A stretch of 64,000 nucleotides of DNA, taken from contig CBDBKE010000001.1 in the NCBI GenBank assembly GCA_965206645.1, positions 32,001 through 96,000 on the forward strand, in the 5' to 3' direction. Below are positions 38,098 to 47,717 of the stretch, piece by piece. Source of the DNA: Terriglobia bacterium. GTDB taxonomy: Bacteria; Acidobacteriota; Terriglobia; JAJPHL01; JAPKYU01. Position numbers and translations under genes: made by a program. How positions within the stretch are numbered: the first letter of the stretch is position 1; each line of letters starts with the position of its first letter. The notes below the pieces were generated by a model. It did not search any database. It was not told the origin of the DNA and saw nothing but the letters and a program-made list of their open reading frames with translations.

Positions 38098-38614
38098 GAT
38101 CGCCGCCGTGAGCCTGGCCGTAGTAGGCCTGGTGATCGCGGGTGCCCTCAGTCCACGCCGCGCCAGCTCTTCGGAGGAGGCGTTCAACAGCCTCTCGGAC
38201 CGGCTACTGTGCCAGTGCGGGTGCGGGCAGCACCTGCAGGGATGCAATATGCATCCCTGTGGCACCGCCTACCCCATGCGGGATCAGGTCCGCGCCTCGA
38301 TCGCCGCGGGGAAGAGCGAAGAAGGGATCGTCGAGGAGTTCGTCCAGCAGATGGGCGCCGGCGTCCTGGCGACGCCGCCTGCCCGGGGCATCGGCCTGGT
38401 GGCCTGGATCATGCCTGTGGCCGCGCTGTTGTTGGGCCTGGCAGTGATTTTCCGGGTCGTGAAGCGCTGGCGGCCGCAGCCTGCGGCCGAACGTGCCGGC
38501 CCACCGGCCTCGAACGCGGCTCCCAGCGGTACCCCCGCCAGCGATACCCTCCCCAGCGGTACTCTCCAACGCTACACTGCCTCGATTGACGAAGAGCTGG
38601 AGCGCGAGGCATGA
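38081..38614 (+). CDS. ccmH: Cytochrome c biogenesis protein CcmH
   Basis: LLCQCGC...C...C, VLATPP, following TM. Confidence 0.8.
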   Translation: MKSWHKIAAVSLAVVGLVIAGALSPRRASSSEEAFNSLSDRLLCQCGCGQHLQGCNMHPCGTAYPMRDQVRASIAAGKSEEGIVEEFVQQMGAGVLATPPARGIGLVAWIMPVAALLLGLAVIFRVVKRWRPQPAAERAGPPASNAAPSGTPASDTLPSGTLQRYTASIDEELEREA

Positions 38615-40086
38615 GCGTGGTCCTGGTCTGTGCTGCACTGGCCGGGTTCGTGCTCCTGTACACGCTGTGGGTTCCCCGGCAGGAAATCCACGTCCCCCAG
38701 CCGCCTACTCGGCTGGATCATCTGCAGGAGAAGAAGAAGGTCCTTTATGACAACCTGAAGGACCTGCACTTTGAGTACCGCACCGGCAAGTTCTCCGACG
38801 AAGATTACCAGCAGTTAAAAACCTCCCTGCAATACGAACTGGCACTGGTGATGAAGCAGATTGAGGAGTTGGAAACTCGTCGGGAGCCGGCAGGCAAGCG
38901 CAAGGCAGCCGACACGGCCGAGCCGGCAGTGGAGACGGCAAGCGGTGGTGAGGCCCCTCTTTGCCCTTCCTGCGGACATCCGAACCCGGCGAAGCACAAG
39001 CACTGCTCGGAGTGCGGCGCCCGCCTGCAGATGGTGGTGGTTTTGCTGCTGCTCGCTGGGGTGAGTATCGCCGCACTGCCCGCAGTTGCCGAGCAGGTGG
39101 CAGTGGAGGGAGTCGTGCGCAATGGCACCACGGGTAATCCGGCCACCGGCGCGCTAGTGGCGCTGATCCGCGCCGGCGAAAGTAAAGAGTCGCTGGAGCA
39201 GGTGATCAGCGACCGTGGGGGGCGCTTTCACTTTCAATCCGTCGAGGTGCCTGCGCCGCCAGCGATGTTGCTGGTGCAGGTTGAGCATGGCGGCGTGCGC
39301 TACACCGAACCTACAGTGGGCACTGCGCCCGTAGAGTTGGCAATTTATGAAGCCGGAGCGCCGGCTTCCGCCATTCGTGTGGCTGAGCGCGCGGTGATTT
39401 TGCACCCTACGAGGGGCAAGCTATTGGTGATCGAATCCTACCGCCTGTGGAATGGATCGGACCCGCCGGCCACCTATGCCCCGGCGGGCAACACGTTCCG
39501 GTTTTTTGTCCCGGAGGGGGGCAGCCGTAGCGTGCAGGTCAGCCTCCGAGGCGCGGCTGGTATGTCGATTCCGTTGGAGCCGCGGCCGTACGCCGCTCAG
39601 TCCGGCGTGCTGGCCGTTAGCCATCCGCTTAAGCCTGGCGAGAACCGAATCGGGGTCAACTACCACCTGGATTATCCTGGCTCGCTGAAGTTTGAGTCGC
39701 AGGCGATCGAGGAGGTAGAGCGCACGCTGCTGGCTGTCCCCGAAGGTGTCACTCTGGAAGGCGAAGGGGTGCGCTTCTTGAGTACCGAGCCGGAGACTGG
39801 ATTTCGAATCCACGACCTGGCGCGCAACGATCGCTGGACGGTGCGGCTGGCGGGCGAAGGGCGGCCAGCATTGGGTGCGACGGGTGAGGGGGGCGGCGCG
39901 GCCGAGAACGATTCCGACGTCGTTTCCCGGCTGGGCCCGGTCGGGGAGCAACGCGAGCTGCTGCTGGCGGTGGTGATGGCTGCGCTGGGGATGGGCTTCC
40001 TGCGTCTGTGGCGTCAGCAGAAGCCTGTTACCCTGCCCAGGCAGGTTGCCCGCGGCGGAGCCCCCTCCCGCAAGCGCCGGTCTTGA
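38611..40086 (+). CDS. ccm-associated protein: CcmI-like N-terminus, zinc ribbon, periplasmic domain, C-terminal TM
   Basis: LKDLHFEYRTGKFSDEDY; CPSCG...CSECG; VRNGTTG. Confidence 0.7.
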   Translation: MSVVLVCAALAGFVLLYTLWVPRQEIHVPQPPTRLDHLQEKKKVLYDNLKDLHFEYRTGKFSDEDYQQLKTSLQYELALVMKQIEELETRREPAGKRKAADTAEPAVETASGGEAPLCPSCGHPNPAKHKHCSECGARLQMVVVLLLLAGVSIAALPAVAEQVAVEGVVRNGTTGNPATGALVALIRAGESKESLEQVISDRGGRFHFQSVEVPAPPAMLLVQVEHGGVRYTEPTVGTAPVELAIYEAGAPASAIRVAERAVILHPTRGKLLVIESYRLWNGSDPPATYAPAGNTFRFFVPEGGSRSVQVSLRGAAGMSIPLEPRPYAAQSGVLAVSHPLKPGENRIGVNYHLDYPGSLKFESQAIEEVERTLLAVPEGVTLEGEGVRFLSTEPETGFRIHDLARNDRWTVRLAGEGRPALGATGEGGGAAENDSDVVSRLGPVGEQRELLLAVVMAALGMGFLRLWRQQKPVTLPRQVARGGAPSRKRRS

Positions 40087-40104
40087 CCACGGGCGCCGAT
40101 CATC

Positions 40105-40824
40105 GTGTCTCTCTTCGCTCTCGAGGCTATCCAGCTGAGCAAATCCTACGGCGAGCAGCCTGCGTTGCGGAAGGTGGAGTTCGGGCTGCGGCCCGGGGAA
40201 GTGCTGGCCCTGCTCGGTCCCAATGGAGCCGGCAAGACCACGCTGCTTCACCTGCTGGCGTTGCTGACGCAACCCACCAGCGGCAGCGTGCGCATTAGCG
40301 GGGTGGAGATGGCCGGAGCCGCGCGGCTGGCCGCCAAAGCGTCCATCGGTCTGCTCAGCCACCAGACGTTCCTCTACGAGGAATTGACGGCGAGAGAGAA
40401 CCTGGAGTTCTTCGCGCGCCTCTACGAACTCAGCGACCGCGCCGCGCGCGTCGAGCGCCAACTGGAAGCGGCCGGTCTGGCTGAGGTTGGCGACCAACTG
40501 GTCCGGCACTTTTCCCGCGGCATGCGGCAGCGGTTGGCTCTGGGCCGCGCCTTTCTGCACGAACCGCGCCTGGCGCTGCTGGACGAGCCCTTCACGGGGC
40601 TGGACGAGTCGGCGGCGCAGACACTGCGCGATCTGCTGGCGGGCTGGCGCACCGCCGGCCGCACTGTCGTCTTCAGCTCTCACAACCGGGAGCAGGCGCT
40701 GGAGCTGGCCACCACGGTGCTGGTATTGGAACGCGGACGGATGACCCACTTCGGCGAGAGCACTCCGTATTCGGCGCGCCGCGCGTCAATCTCGGAATCG
40801 GGCTCGGAAACGGGGAGAACCTGA
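40105..40824 (+). CDS. ccmA: Heme ABC exporter ATP-binding subunit
   Basis: GPNGAGKT, FSRGMRQR, LLDEP; cluster context. Confidence 0.88.
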   Translation: MSLFALEAIQLSKSYGEQPALRKVEFGLRPGEVLALLGPNGAGKTTLLHLLALLTQPTSGSVRISGVEMAGAARLAAKASIGLLSHQTFLYEELTARENLEFFARLYELSDRAARVERQLEAAGLAEVGDQLVRHFSRGMRQRLALGRAFLHEPRLALLDEPFTGLDESAAQTLRDLLAGWRTAGRTVVFSSHNREQALELATTVLVLERGRMTHFGESTPYSARRASISESGSETGRT

Positions 40825-40825
40825 G

Positions 40826-41506
40826 GTGGGGTTCTGGAGAGCATCCATTGCGGTGCTGGGCAAAGACGCACGCGCCGAGCGCCGCACCAAGGAGGTGCTG
40901 AACACCAGCCTGCTGTTTGCGCTCATCGTGCTGGTGACCTTCAGTTTCTCGTTCGAGCCCACGGCGGAGGAGACCCGGCAGATTTCCGGCGGCCTGCTCT
41001 GGGTGGCCATCACCTTTGCCGGGATTCTGGCCTTGAACCGCAGCTTTGCCCGCGAACTGCCCAACGACGCGCTGCTCGGGCTGCTGGCGGCGCCGGTTTC
41101 TCCGGCGGCGCTTTACCTGGGGAAGGTGCTGGGCAACGTTGGCTTCCTGTTCCTGATGGAGCTGCTGATGCTGCCGCTGTTCACGGTATTTTACAACGTG
41201 AGCGTGCTCGAGCACGCGGCGCCGCTGGCGGCGATCCTGCTGCTCGGCACGTGGGGATTCGCCGTACTGGGCACCCTGCTGGCCGCCATGACCATCACTA
41301 TCCGCACCCGCGAGATGATGCTGCCCGTGCTGCTGTTTCCCCTTCTGACGCCCCTGCTGCTCGCCGTAGTACAAGCCACCACTGCGGTGCTGGCGGCGCA
41401 GCCCTGGCGCGCCTACCAGCTATGGATGAAGCTCATGTTGGGCTTCGATATTATCTTCACGGTGGCCGCGCTGCTGCTGGTGGAATATGTGTTGGCGGAA
41501 CCGTAA
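40826..41506 (+). CDS. ccmB: Heme exporter protein B
   Basis: LNRSFARE, LPVLLFPL; six TM segments. Confidence 0.9.
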   Translation: MGFWRASIAVLGKDARAERRTKEVLNTSLLFALIVLVTFSFSFEPTAEETRQISGGLLWVAITFAGILALNRSFARELPNDALLGLLAAPVSPAALYLGKVLGNVGFLFLMELLMLPLFTVFYNVSVLEHAAPLAAILLLGTWGFAVLGTLLAAMTITIRTREMMLPVLLFPLLTPLLLAVVQATTAVLAAQPWRAYQLWMKLMLGFDIIFTVAALLLVEYVLAEP

Positions 41507-41569
41507 GGGAGCTGGCAACAGACCAGCGGTTGGCCTGCTATACCTTTGGCTATACCCTGGGGAGAAGCC

Positions 41570-42256
41570 GTGAACCAACGTCCAATCACCGCTTTGATCC
41601 TGTTCGCCGTCACGGTGGGGGCCATGGCCAAAGCGCTGCACGCCATCTTCCTGGAAGTGCCCATGGAAGTCACCATGGGCGCGGTGCAGCGCATCTTCTA
41701 CTTTCATTTGCCGTCGGCGGCGGTGGCCTTTCTCGCCTTCGCTGTTTCAGCCGGGGCTAGCGTCGCCTATCTGATCAACCGAAACCTGAGGTGGGACCGC
41801 TGGGCGGTTTCGGCGGCCGAAATTGGGGTGGTCTTTTGCTCGGTGGTGCTGGTGACGGGGCCCATTTGGGCGAAGCCGGTGTGGGGCATCTGGTGGACGT
41901 GGGACGCCCGGCTGACTGCCACCTTCGTGCTGTGGCTGATCTATGTCTCCTACCTGGTGCTGCGGGGTTTCCTGGAGGAGCCGACGCGGCGGGCCACCAT
42001 CTCCGCCGTACTCAGCATCCTCGGTTTCCTGGACGTGCCCCTGGTGTACATGGCCAACCGCTGGTGGCGGACCCAGCACCCGCAGCCGGTGATCGCCGGT
42101 GGCTCCGATTCGGGCCTCGATCCGCAGATGTGGCTGGGGCTGTTGCAAGCATTTGGGGCCCTGCTGCTGCTGTTTGCTTTCCTTATGTACCAGCGCCTGC
42201 AACTTGAACAAGCGCGCCAGGAAGTGGAGGCGTTGCGCCGGGAGGCCCTCTCATGA
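41570..42256 (+). CDS. ccmC: Heme exporter protein C
   Basis: RIFYFHLP, WAKPVWGIWWTWDARL, RTQHP. Confidence 0.93.
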   Translation: MNQRPITALILFAVTVGAMAKALHAIFLEVPMEVTMGAVQRIFYFHLPSAAVAFLAFAVSAGASVAYLINRNLRWDRWAVSAAEIGVVFCSVVLVTGPIWAKPVWGIWWTWDARLTATFVLWLIYVSYLVLRGFLEEPTRRATISAVLSILGFLDVPLVYMANRWWRTQHPQPVIAGGSDSGLDPQMWLGLLQAFGALLLLFAFLMYQRLQLEQARQEVEALRREALS

Positions 42257-42396
42257 ACTGGCTCTTCTATGGATTCCTCGCCGCCTGGCTGGTGCACCTG
42301 GGCTACCTGTTCAGCATCGCGATGCGCCAGCGCCAGCTCCGCCGCGACCTGGACAGCCTCCGCCGCCTGCTGGAATCGCGCAAGCAGCAGGTTTAA
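42253..42396 (+). CDS. ccmD: Heme exporter protein D, 47 aa (below ORF-track cutoff)
   Basis: MNWLFYGFLAAWLVHLGYLFSIAMRQRQLRRDLDSLRRLLESRKQQV; ATGA overlap with ccmC. Confidence 0.85.
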   Translation: MNWLFYGFLAAWLVHLGYLFSIAMRQRQLRRDLDSLRRLLESRKQQV

Positions 42397-42557
42397 GGTT
42401 CCAGGTTTCAGGTGCCGGGTTCCAAGCTGTAGTCTGAAGCCGACACCTGAAACCCGGGTAGTGAGTTGCAGCCGTATCCCGTCTGCGGCGCGCCTAACGG
42501 AGGCGTTGCCCTTCTATCGCCGACTCAAACTGATCTGCTGCTCCGTGGGGATCAGTC

Positions 42558-43784
42558 TCAGACCGCTAACTGATCCTTCCCATCGGTAAGCCACTCTAAG
42601 TTGAAGCGCGCAAAGGTAATCCTCTCGTACGGCTCGTTCCTGCCGTTTTCGTAAAGCAGGCCGATGCTCCCATCTGGAAGAGCTGCCAGACACGAATAGG
42701 CCGAAGGTCCGGGATAGATGACTTTCGAGAGTAGCCAAGTCCTGCCCTCGTCATAGCTGAGCCGAACCGTCATGTTGACGCGGTCTTTTTTGTGGGCCGG
42801 ATTAGAGAATAAAAGCCGATTCTTGGCGTAGACACCCCTCCGATCCGTATAGCGAATGAAGCTTGCCTGACAACGTGGTTCGATCAATGCATACTCGTGA
42901 CTCAGCTCAGACCAGGTTTTGCCTCCGTCCATGGATGTGGCAACGGCGCGGCATCCTTTTTTGTGGTAGCTGCGCATGTTCAGCATCAAGCTGCCGTCCG
43001 CTAATTCCACCACCTGGCATTCATTCGTCGCAGGGCCGGCTCCGGCCCCCAGTTGCCACGTCTTACCATGGTCGTCGCTGTAGGCTACCGTGGAGTGATC
43101 TCTTTCATTCGTCGCTGGCTTTCCGCGGCTGAAGTAGCATGGAACGATCAGACGACCATTTCGCATCTGGATACCCATGCCCGGTGCAGCCATCACCCCG
43201 GTCCAGCCCGGCTTCGTGAGCATGCTGGTGATATCCCTCGGCTGAGACCAGGTTTGTCCGTCGTCGTCACTGACGATGGCATGAAGCATGATGATCCGGC
43301 CTCGTCCGTCGGGCTGGAGGCCCTCGGGAAGAGTTCTTTGGGCCTTTTTCAGAGCCTCCAGGGTGGGCCAGATGTGGTCGTAGATGATCCAGATGTGACC
43401 CGTCTGCCGGTCGACCAGCATGCAGGGATCGCAGGCCGCTTGATAGCCGGGGAAATCAATGAGAATCTTCATTCGCTCCCAGGTTTCGCCGTTATCGACA
43501 CTGCGCTTCAAGGCCAGGTCGATGTTGTTGGGGGCATCACCGGGCTTCTCGACCCGGGCGTCACAAAGCGCCAGCAACGTACCCTTGTTGGTGGTGACCA
43601 TGGCGGGGATCCTATACTCGCGAATTCCGTCCAGGCCTGCGGTGAAGACGTCCTTCGACTGGAAAAGCGGATCTGTTTTTGAGCCAAAGGCCAAAGGGGA
43701 AACAAATAGACCCGTCGTTCCCACCCCGACCGTTCCCACTCCAACCAGGTTAAGAAAATCTCTGCGTCTCAATGATTGACTCAT
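42558..43784 (-). CDS. Exo-alpha-sialidase (GH33-like), Tat-exported
   Basis: RRRDFL; YRIP; four Asp boxes (SVDNGETW, SDDDGQTW, SDDHGKTW, SMDGGKTW). Confidence 0.9.
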   Translation of the reverse strand: MSQSLRRRDFLNLVGVGTVGVGTTGLFVSPLAFGSKTDPLFQSKDVFTAGLDGIREYRIPAMVTTNKGTLLALCDARVEKPGDAPNNIDLALKRSVDNGETWERMKILIDFPGYQAACDPCMLVDRQTGHIWIIYDHIWPTLEALKKAQRTLPEGLQPDGRGRIIMLHAIVSDDDGQTWSQPRDITSMLTKPGWTGVMAAPGMGIQMRNGRLIVPCYFSRGKPATNERDHSTVAYSDDHGKTWQLGAGAGPATNECQVVELADGSLMLNMRSYHKKGCRAVATSMDGGKTWSELSHEYALIEPRCQASFIRYTDRRGVYAKNRLLFSNPAHKKDRVNMTVRLSYDEGRTWLLSKVIYPGPSAYSCLAALPDGSIGLLYENGRNEPYERITFARFNLEWLTDGKDQLAV

Positions 43785-43934
43785 TGTGAAAACCTCCTGT
43801 TGAGCTTGAGGATCAGCCCCAGGCGACCTGAATTCAGTCTTTTTCTTACCAGCGGTTGCTAGCCGGAATTTCCGATTTGAGCTTCCCCTTCGCCCAAAAC
43901 CATACGCCCACCCCTCTTTCGATTCAAGCTCAGA

Positions 43935-44963
43935 TCACCACGGTCCCTTTGGGGGTGGCATCTCGGCCGGTTTTGGCCCTGACACCTGCCTTCGCACCAA
44001 ATCGGCCAGGCAGGCAATGAAGGTGGGTGAATCGTTGAGCGCCGGCATCACCTGGAAGCCGGTGATGCCGGCCCGGCGGGCCTCCTCGCGTGCTTCAATG
44101 TTGATCTCGTTCAGCGTCTCGACATGGTCGGTGACGAAGGAAATGGGAACCACCAGCACATTGGCAACGCCGCACCGGCCTAACCCGCGCAGGGTAGCCA
44201 GCAACGAGGGCTGCACCCAACGGCCTGACCCCACCTTGCTCTGATAGCAGAGCAGGTGGGGATGGTGCCACCTGCCTGCTTCCATGACCAGTCGCACCGT
44301 TTCCTCCGTCTGTCGTGTGTAGGGGTCGCCGGCTTTCACGACGCTGACGGGCACGCCATGCGCGCTGAACACCAGGTGCAGGTTGGCCGGAGCTGAGAAG
44401 CGCTCCAGACCCTGGTTGATTCTCTCTACCAGCGCCCGAATGTAGCCCGGGTGGTCGTAGAAGTGGGGAATGGTGTGGACCCGCACGCCCGACCGGTCCG
44501 TGTACTTGCGCTTCCACTCGTTGAGGCTGCTGCCGGTGGTTGTCTTCGAGTATTGCGGATAAAGCGGCAGCAACACCAGCTCGCCCGGCACCTCGCCTGG
44601 CCCGGCCGACTCCAGTTTCGCCACTGCTTCCTCAGTCAATGGGTGCCAGTAGCGCATGGCAAGGACGACGCGGGCCCGCATCGACTTCAATAATTCAGCT
44701 TGCAGGGCGCTCACCTGCTGCTCCGTTAATTCGCGGATGGGCGAGCGACCGCCAATGGCCGCGTAGTGGTGTTGAACCTTGCTAGCGCGCTTGGAAGCCA
44801 ACAGGCGGGCTATCGACGCGCGCACGCGTCCCAGCGGCAGTTGGATGATGTCGGGATCACAGAACAGGTTGTATAGAAACGGCTCAACCGCTTCGGGCGA
44901 ATCTGGCCCTCCAAGCTGAAACAACACTACGCCGATTGTCTTTTCTTTCCGCAGCTCGGTCAT
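43935..44963 (-). CDS. hemH: Ferrochelatase
   Basis: LGGP, GGRSP, PLYPQYS, FSAHG, YQSKVG, DHVETL.EI. Confidence 0.95.
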   Translation of the reverse strand: MTELRKEKTIGVVLFQLGGPDSPEAVEPFLYNLFCDPDIIQLPLGRVRASIARLLASKRASKVQHHYAAIGGRSPIRELTEQQVSALQAELLKSMRARVVLAMRYWHPLTEEAVAKLESAGPGEVPGELVLLPLYPQYSKTTTGSSLNEWKRKYTDRSGVRVHTIPHFYDHPGYIRALVERINQGLERFSAPANLHLVFSAHGVPVSVVKAGDPYTRQTEETVRLVMEAGRWHHPHLLCYQSKVGSGRWVQPSLLATLRGLGRCGVANVLVVPISFVTDHVETLNEINIEAREEARRAGITGFQVMPALNDSPTFIACLADLVRRQVSGPKPAEMPPPKGPW

Positions 44964-45264
44964 CAGTCGTCGCTTTTCCTGATCTTAACCTTAGGCCCAC
45001 CAAAGCTCCTAGAGGGGCGTAGCGCTTGTCCCCTTTCAGGAATCATTCGCATCTGGGACTCGAACCGCCTGAGCTGTATTCCCCTTGCGGCTTTCGGTTG
45101 ACCTGATCTGGCCCGGATTTGATATACTCCATCGGAAGTGGGGCAGTCGTTTCGCATCGAAGTGGGAATGATGCCGAAAAGGGAACAGAGGGCCACCCGA
45201 TGCGGTTCTGATGTGAAACACAGGGCGCCTAGATTGTCGGCTGCTCCCTAAAGTTGCCCAAACG

Positions 45265-46143
45265 ATGAACCTTAGCCCAATGCAAATCGCGTCCCGGGCT
45301 AATGGACACGCCAAAGTCCGCATCCTAGCCTACCATGCAGTGCGGGAGGATTCCTCTGGGGTTGCGACTGCTTCGATTTCGCTGGCCCGGCTGGACCGGC
45401 AGTTGAAGTTGCTTCGCTGGCTGGGCTTTTCGTTCATCTCTTTGGACGATTGGCTGAACTACTTGCAGCAAGGCAAGCCGGTGCCTCGCAAGGCAGTGGC
45501 TGTGACCTTCGATGATGGCTACGAGGAGATGGCTGAGCCGCTCAAGCAGTTGCTTCACCGGAGGGAGATTCCCGCCACTATGTTTGTTGTCAGCTCCTTG
45601 CTGGGTGACTTGAACTGCTGGGACCTGCCAACCGGCAAGCCCCTGAAGCTGTCGGGTCCGCAAGGCTTGCGTAACCTGGCGCCGGTCATCAGCTTGGGGT
45701 CTCACAGTCGGTCGCATGCGTCCTTAGCCCAGCTTGACCCTGGGGCACTTTACGAAGAGCTTACCCTCAGCAAGAAGGAACTAGAGCAAAAGCTTGGCCT
45801 TCCCGTTCGGTACGTGGCCTACCCGTACGGGGACTACCACGAGCGTGTCGGTTTGGCGGCGCGCGAGGCTGGCTACCAGCTTGGCCTTGGCGTTCAGCCC
45901 GGCCTGAATGATGCGGGCTCGGACCGCTTCCACCTGCACCGCATTTGCATCCTCTCCCACGACACCGTCGCACGGTTCTTCGGCAAGGTGGTTTTTCCGC
46001 GCGGTTGGCTGGTCCTGGCCGGCGCTCGAGCTTCCCTGCGGCGCGGCTGGAATGCCGGAATGGATCGCTGGATGCCGCCTCGGAGCTGGCCTCGGTTCTG
46101 GAAGGTTACCGTTGCCCGCTTGCTCACCCGCGCGAGTTCCTAA
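45265..46143 (+). CDS. Polysaccharide deacetylase (CE4)
   Basis: ILAYH, TFDDGY, GSHSRSH, AYPYG. Confidence 0.9.
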   Translation: MNLSPMQIASRANGHAKVRILAYHAVREDSSGVATASISLARLDRQLKLLRWLGFSFISLDDWLNYLQQGKPVPRKAVAVTFDDGYEEMAEPLKQLLHRREIPATMFVVSSLLGDLNCWDLPTGKPLKLSGPQGLRNLAPVISLGSHSRSHASLAQLDPGALYEELTLSKKELEQKLGLPVRYVAYPYGDYHERVGLAAREAGYQLGLGVQPGLNDAGSDRFHLHRICILSHDTVARFFGKVVFPRGWLVLAGARASLRRGWNAGMDRWMPPRSWPRFWKVTVARLLTRASS

Positions 46144-46144
46144 C

Positions 46145-46567
46145 CTACATCTCAGGTGAGGGGCTCCAGCGCCACGCCAACCCCGCCGCCAGCGTGCCGC
46201 TGGTGGCGTTCAGCAGCACATCGGCGAGCGTCGCTTGGCGTCCTGGAAACAGTAGCTGAAAGGCTTCCGAGCCAAGTCCCGCCAGCAGGCAGATTCCGGC
46301 GGTTGCCAAGAATTTCTGCAGCGGCGGGCATTTCAGGCTGTGGGAGAGCCAGCTGCCCAGCGAGAAGAAGAGCACGAAATGAAGGCCCTTCTGGGCCATG
46401 GGCCGCGCGCCCCAGTCCATCCCCAACATTCCGAACAGAGCCAAATGAAAGCTGTAGGCGTACTGCGCGGCTTTGCCGGCCAGTGGGGTAGAAGAAAAAA
46501 GGATCAGCGCCAGGTGGGCGAACGTTCCCCAAAGCCGTCTGCAGCTCATTGCCCAGGGCCGTTTCAT
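46145..46567 (-). CDS. VanZ-family membrane protein
   Basis: KGLHF...SEAFQ...PGR...DVLLN. Confidence 0.8.
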   Translation of the reverse strand: MKRPWAMSCRRLWGTFAHLALILFSSTPLAGKAAQYAYSFHLALFGMLGMDWGARPMAQKGLHFVLFFSLGSWLSHSLKCPPLQKFLATAGICLLAGLGSEAFQLLFPGRQATLADVLLNATSGTLAAGLAWRWSPSPEM

Positions 46568-46744
46568 GGCCAAGGTCGCAACGATCCGCGGAGTTACTGG
46601 CGGCGGAACCGCTGGCATTGCTCGATTCTATCGGGGACCGCCAGGACCGGCCAACCATTTCGTCAGCGTCAGCGGGCAAACACTACCCAAAGGCGTGCGC
46701 CGACGGTCCGGTTGGCCGCGGCGGCATGATAATATTGTTCGTTC

Positions 46745-47683
46745 ATGACGGTTGCCATCCGCTGCACCTCCCTCTTCAAGAGCTACGACGGCAAGGTGGA
46801 GGCAGTGCGCGGCCTGGACCTGGCCGTCGAGCAGGGCGAGTGTTTCGGACTGTTGGGGCCCAACGGCGCCGGAAAGACCACCACTATCGAGATTCTCGAA
46901 GGCCTGCTGAAGCCCACCTCCGGTGAGGTGGAAATCCTGGGCAAGCGATGGGGTATCGAGGACCAGCAGCTACGCGAATTGCTGGGGATCTCGCTGCAGG
47001 ACACCCGGCTCTCGGAAAAGCTTACCGTCAAAGAGACGCTGGCGTTGTTTGCCAGCTTCTACCGGCAGCCGGCCGACCCATTTCAGGTGATGCAGCAAGT
47101 AGCGCTCACCGAAAAGACCGACAGCCGGGCAGGCAAGCTGTCGGGCGGGCAGAAGCAGCGACTGGCGGTCGCCTGCGCCCTGGTGGGCAATCCGAGCGTT
47201 TTGTTTCTCGATGAGCCAACCACCGGACTGGATCCGCAGTCGCGCCGCCAGCTCTGGGAGATCGTCCGCAACTTCCAGCAGAACGGCGGCACCGTCCTGC
47301 TGACCACTCACTACATGGACGAGGCCGAGCGGTTGTGCGACCGGGTGGCGATCATTGACTACGGCCGCATCATCGCCCTGGGCACGCCTGCCGAATTGGT
47401 TGCTTCGCTGGGCGCCGACCACGTAGTGGAATTCGCACTGGCCGAGGCGGCTGCTTCAGCCGGTTTGGCGCAGGACGGGCTGGCTACGCTGCCCGCGGTG
47501 CGCGCTGTCCGCGAGGAAAACGGCAACTACCTGCTGACCGTTGCCGCGCCGCACCTGGCTTTGCCCGGCCTGTGCAACTGGCTGGAGAATCAGGGACTGG
47601 AGCTGGCGCGGCTGACCACGCGCCACGCCAGCCTGGAGGACGTATTCGTAAAGCTGACCGGCCGGCACCTTCGTGATGAGTAG
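46745..47683 (+). CDS. ABC-2 exporter ATP-binding protein
   Basis: GPNGAGKT, LSGGQ, DEPTTGLDP, TTHYMDEA. Confidence 0.93.
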   Translation: MTVAIRCTSLFKSYDGKVEAVRGLDLAVEQGECFGLLGPNGAGKTTTIEILEGLLKPTSGEVEILGKRWGIEDQQLRELLGISLQDTRLSEKLTVKETLALFASFYRQPADPFQVMQQVALTEKTDSRAGKLSGGQKQRLAVACALVGNPSVLFLDEPTTGLDPQSRRQLWEIVRNFQQNGGTVLLTTHYMDEAERLCDRVAIIDYGRIIALGTPAELVASLGADHVVEFALAEAAASAGLAQDGLATLPAVRAVREENGNYLLTVAAPHLALPGLCNWLENQGLELARLTTRHASLEDVFVKLTGRHLRDE

Positions 47684-47717
47684 GCGTGATGATTAGGGAT
47701 GCAGCCTGGAGTGCGGG

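Noticed and set aside
42391-42460. Short imperfect 7-nt repeats and palindromes after ccmD (similar tracts near 13960 and 60990)
   Set aside because: Low-complexity intergenic hairpin repeats with no evidence of a distinct function
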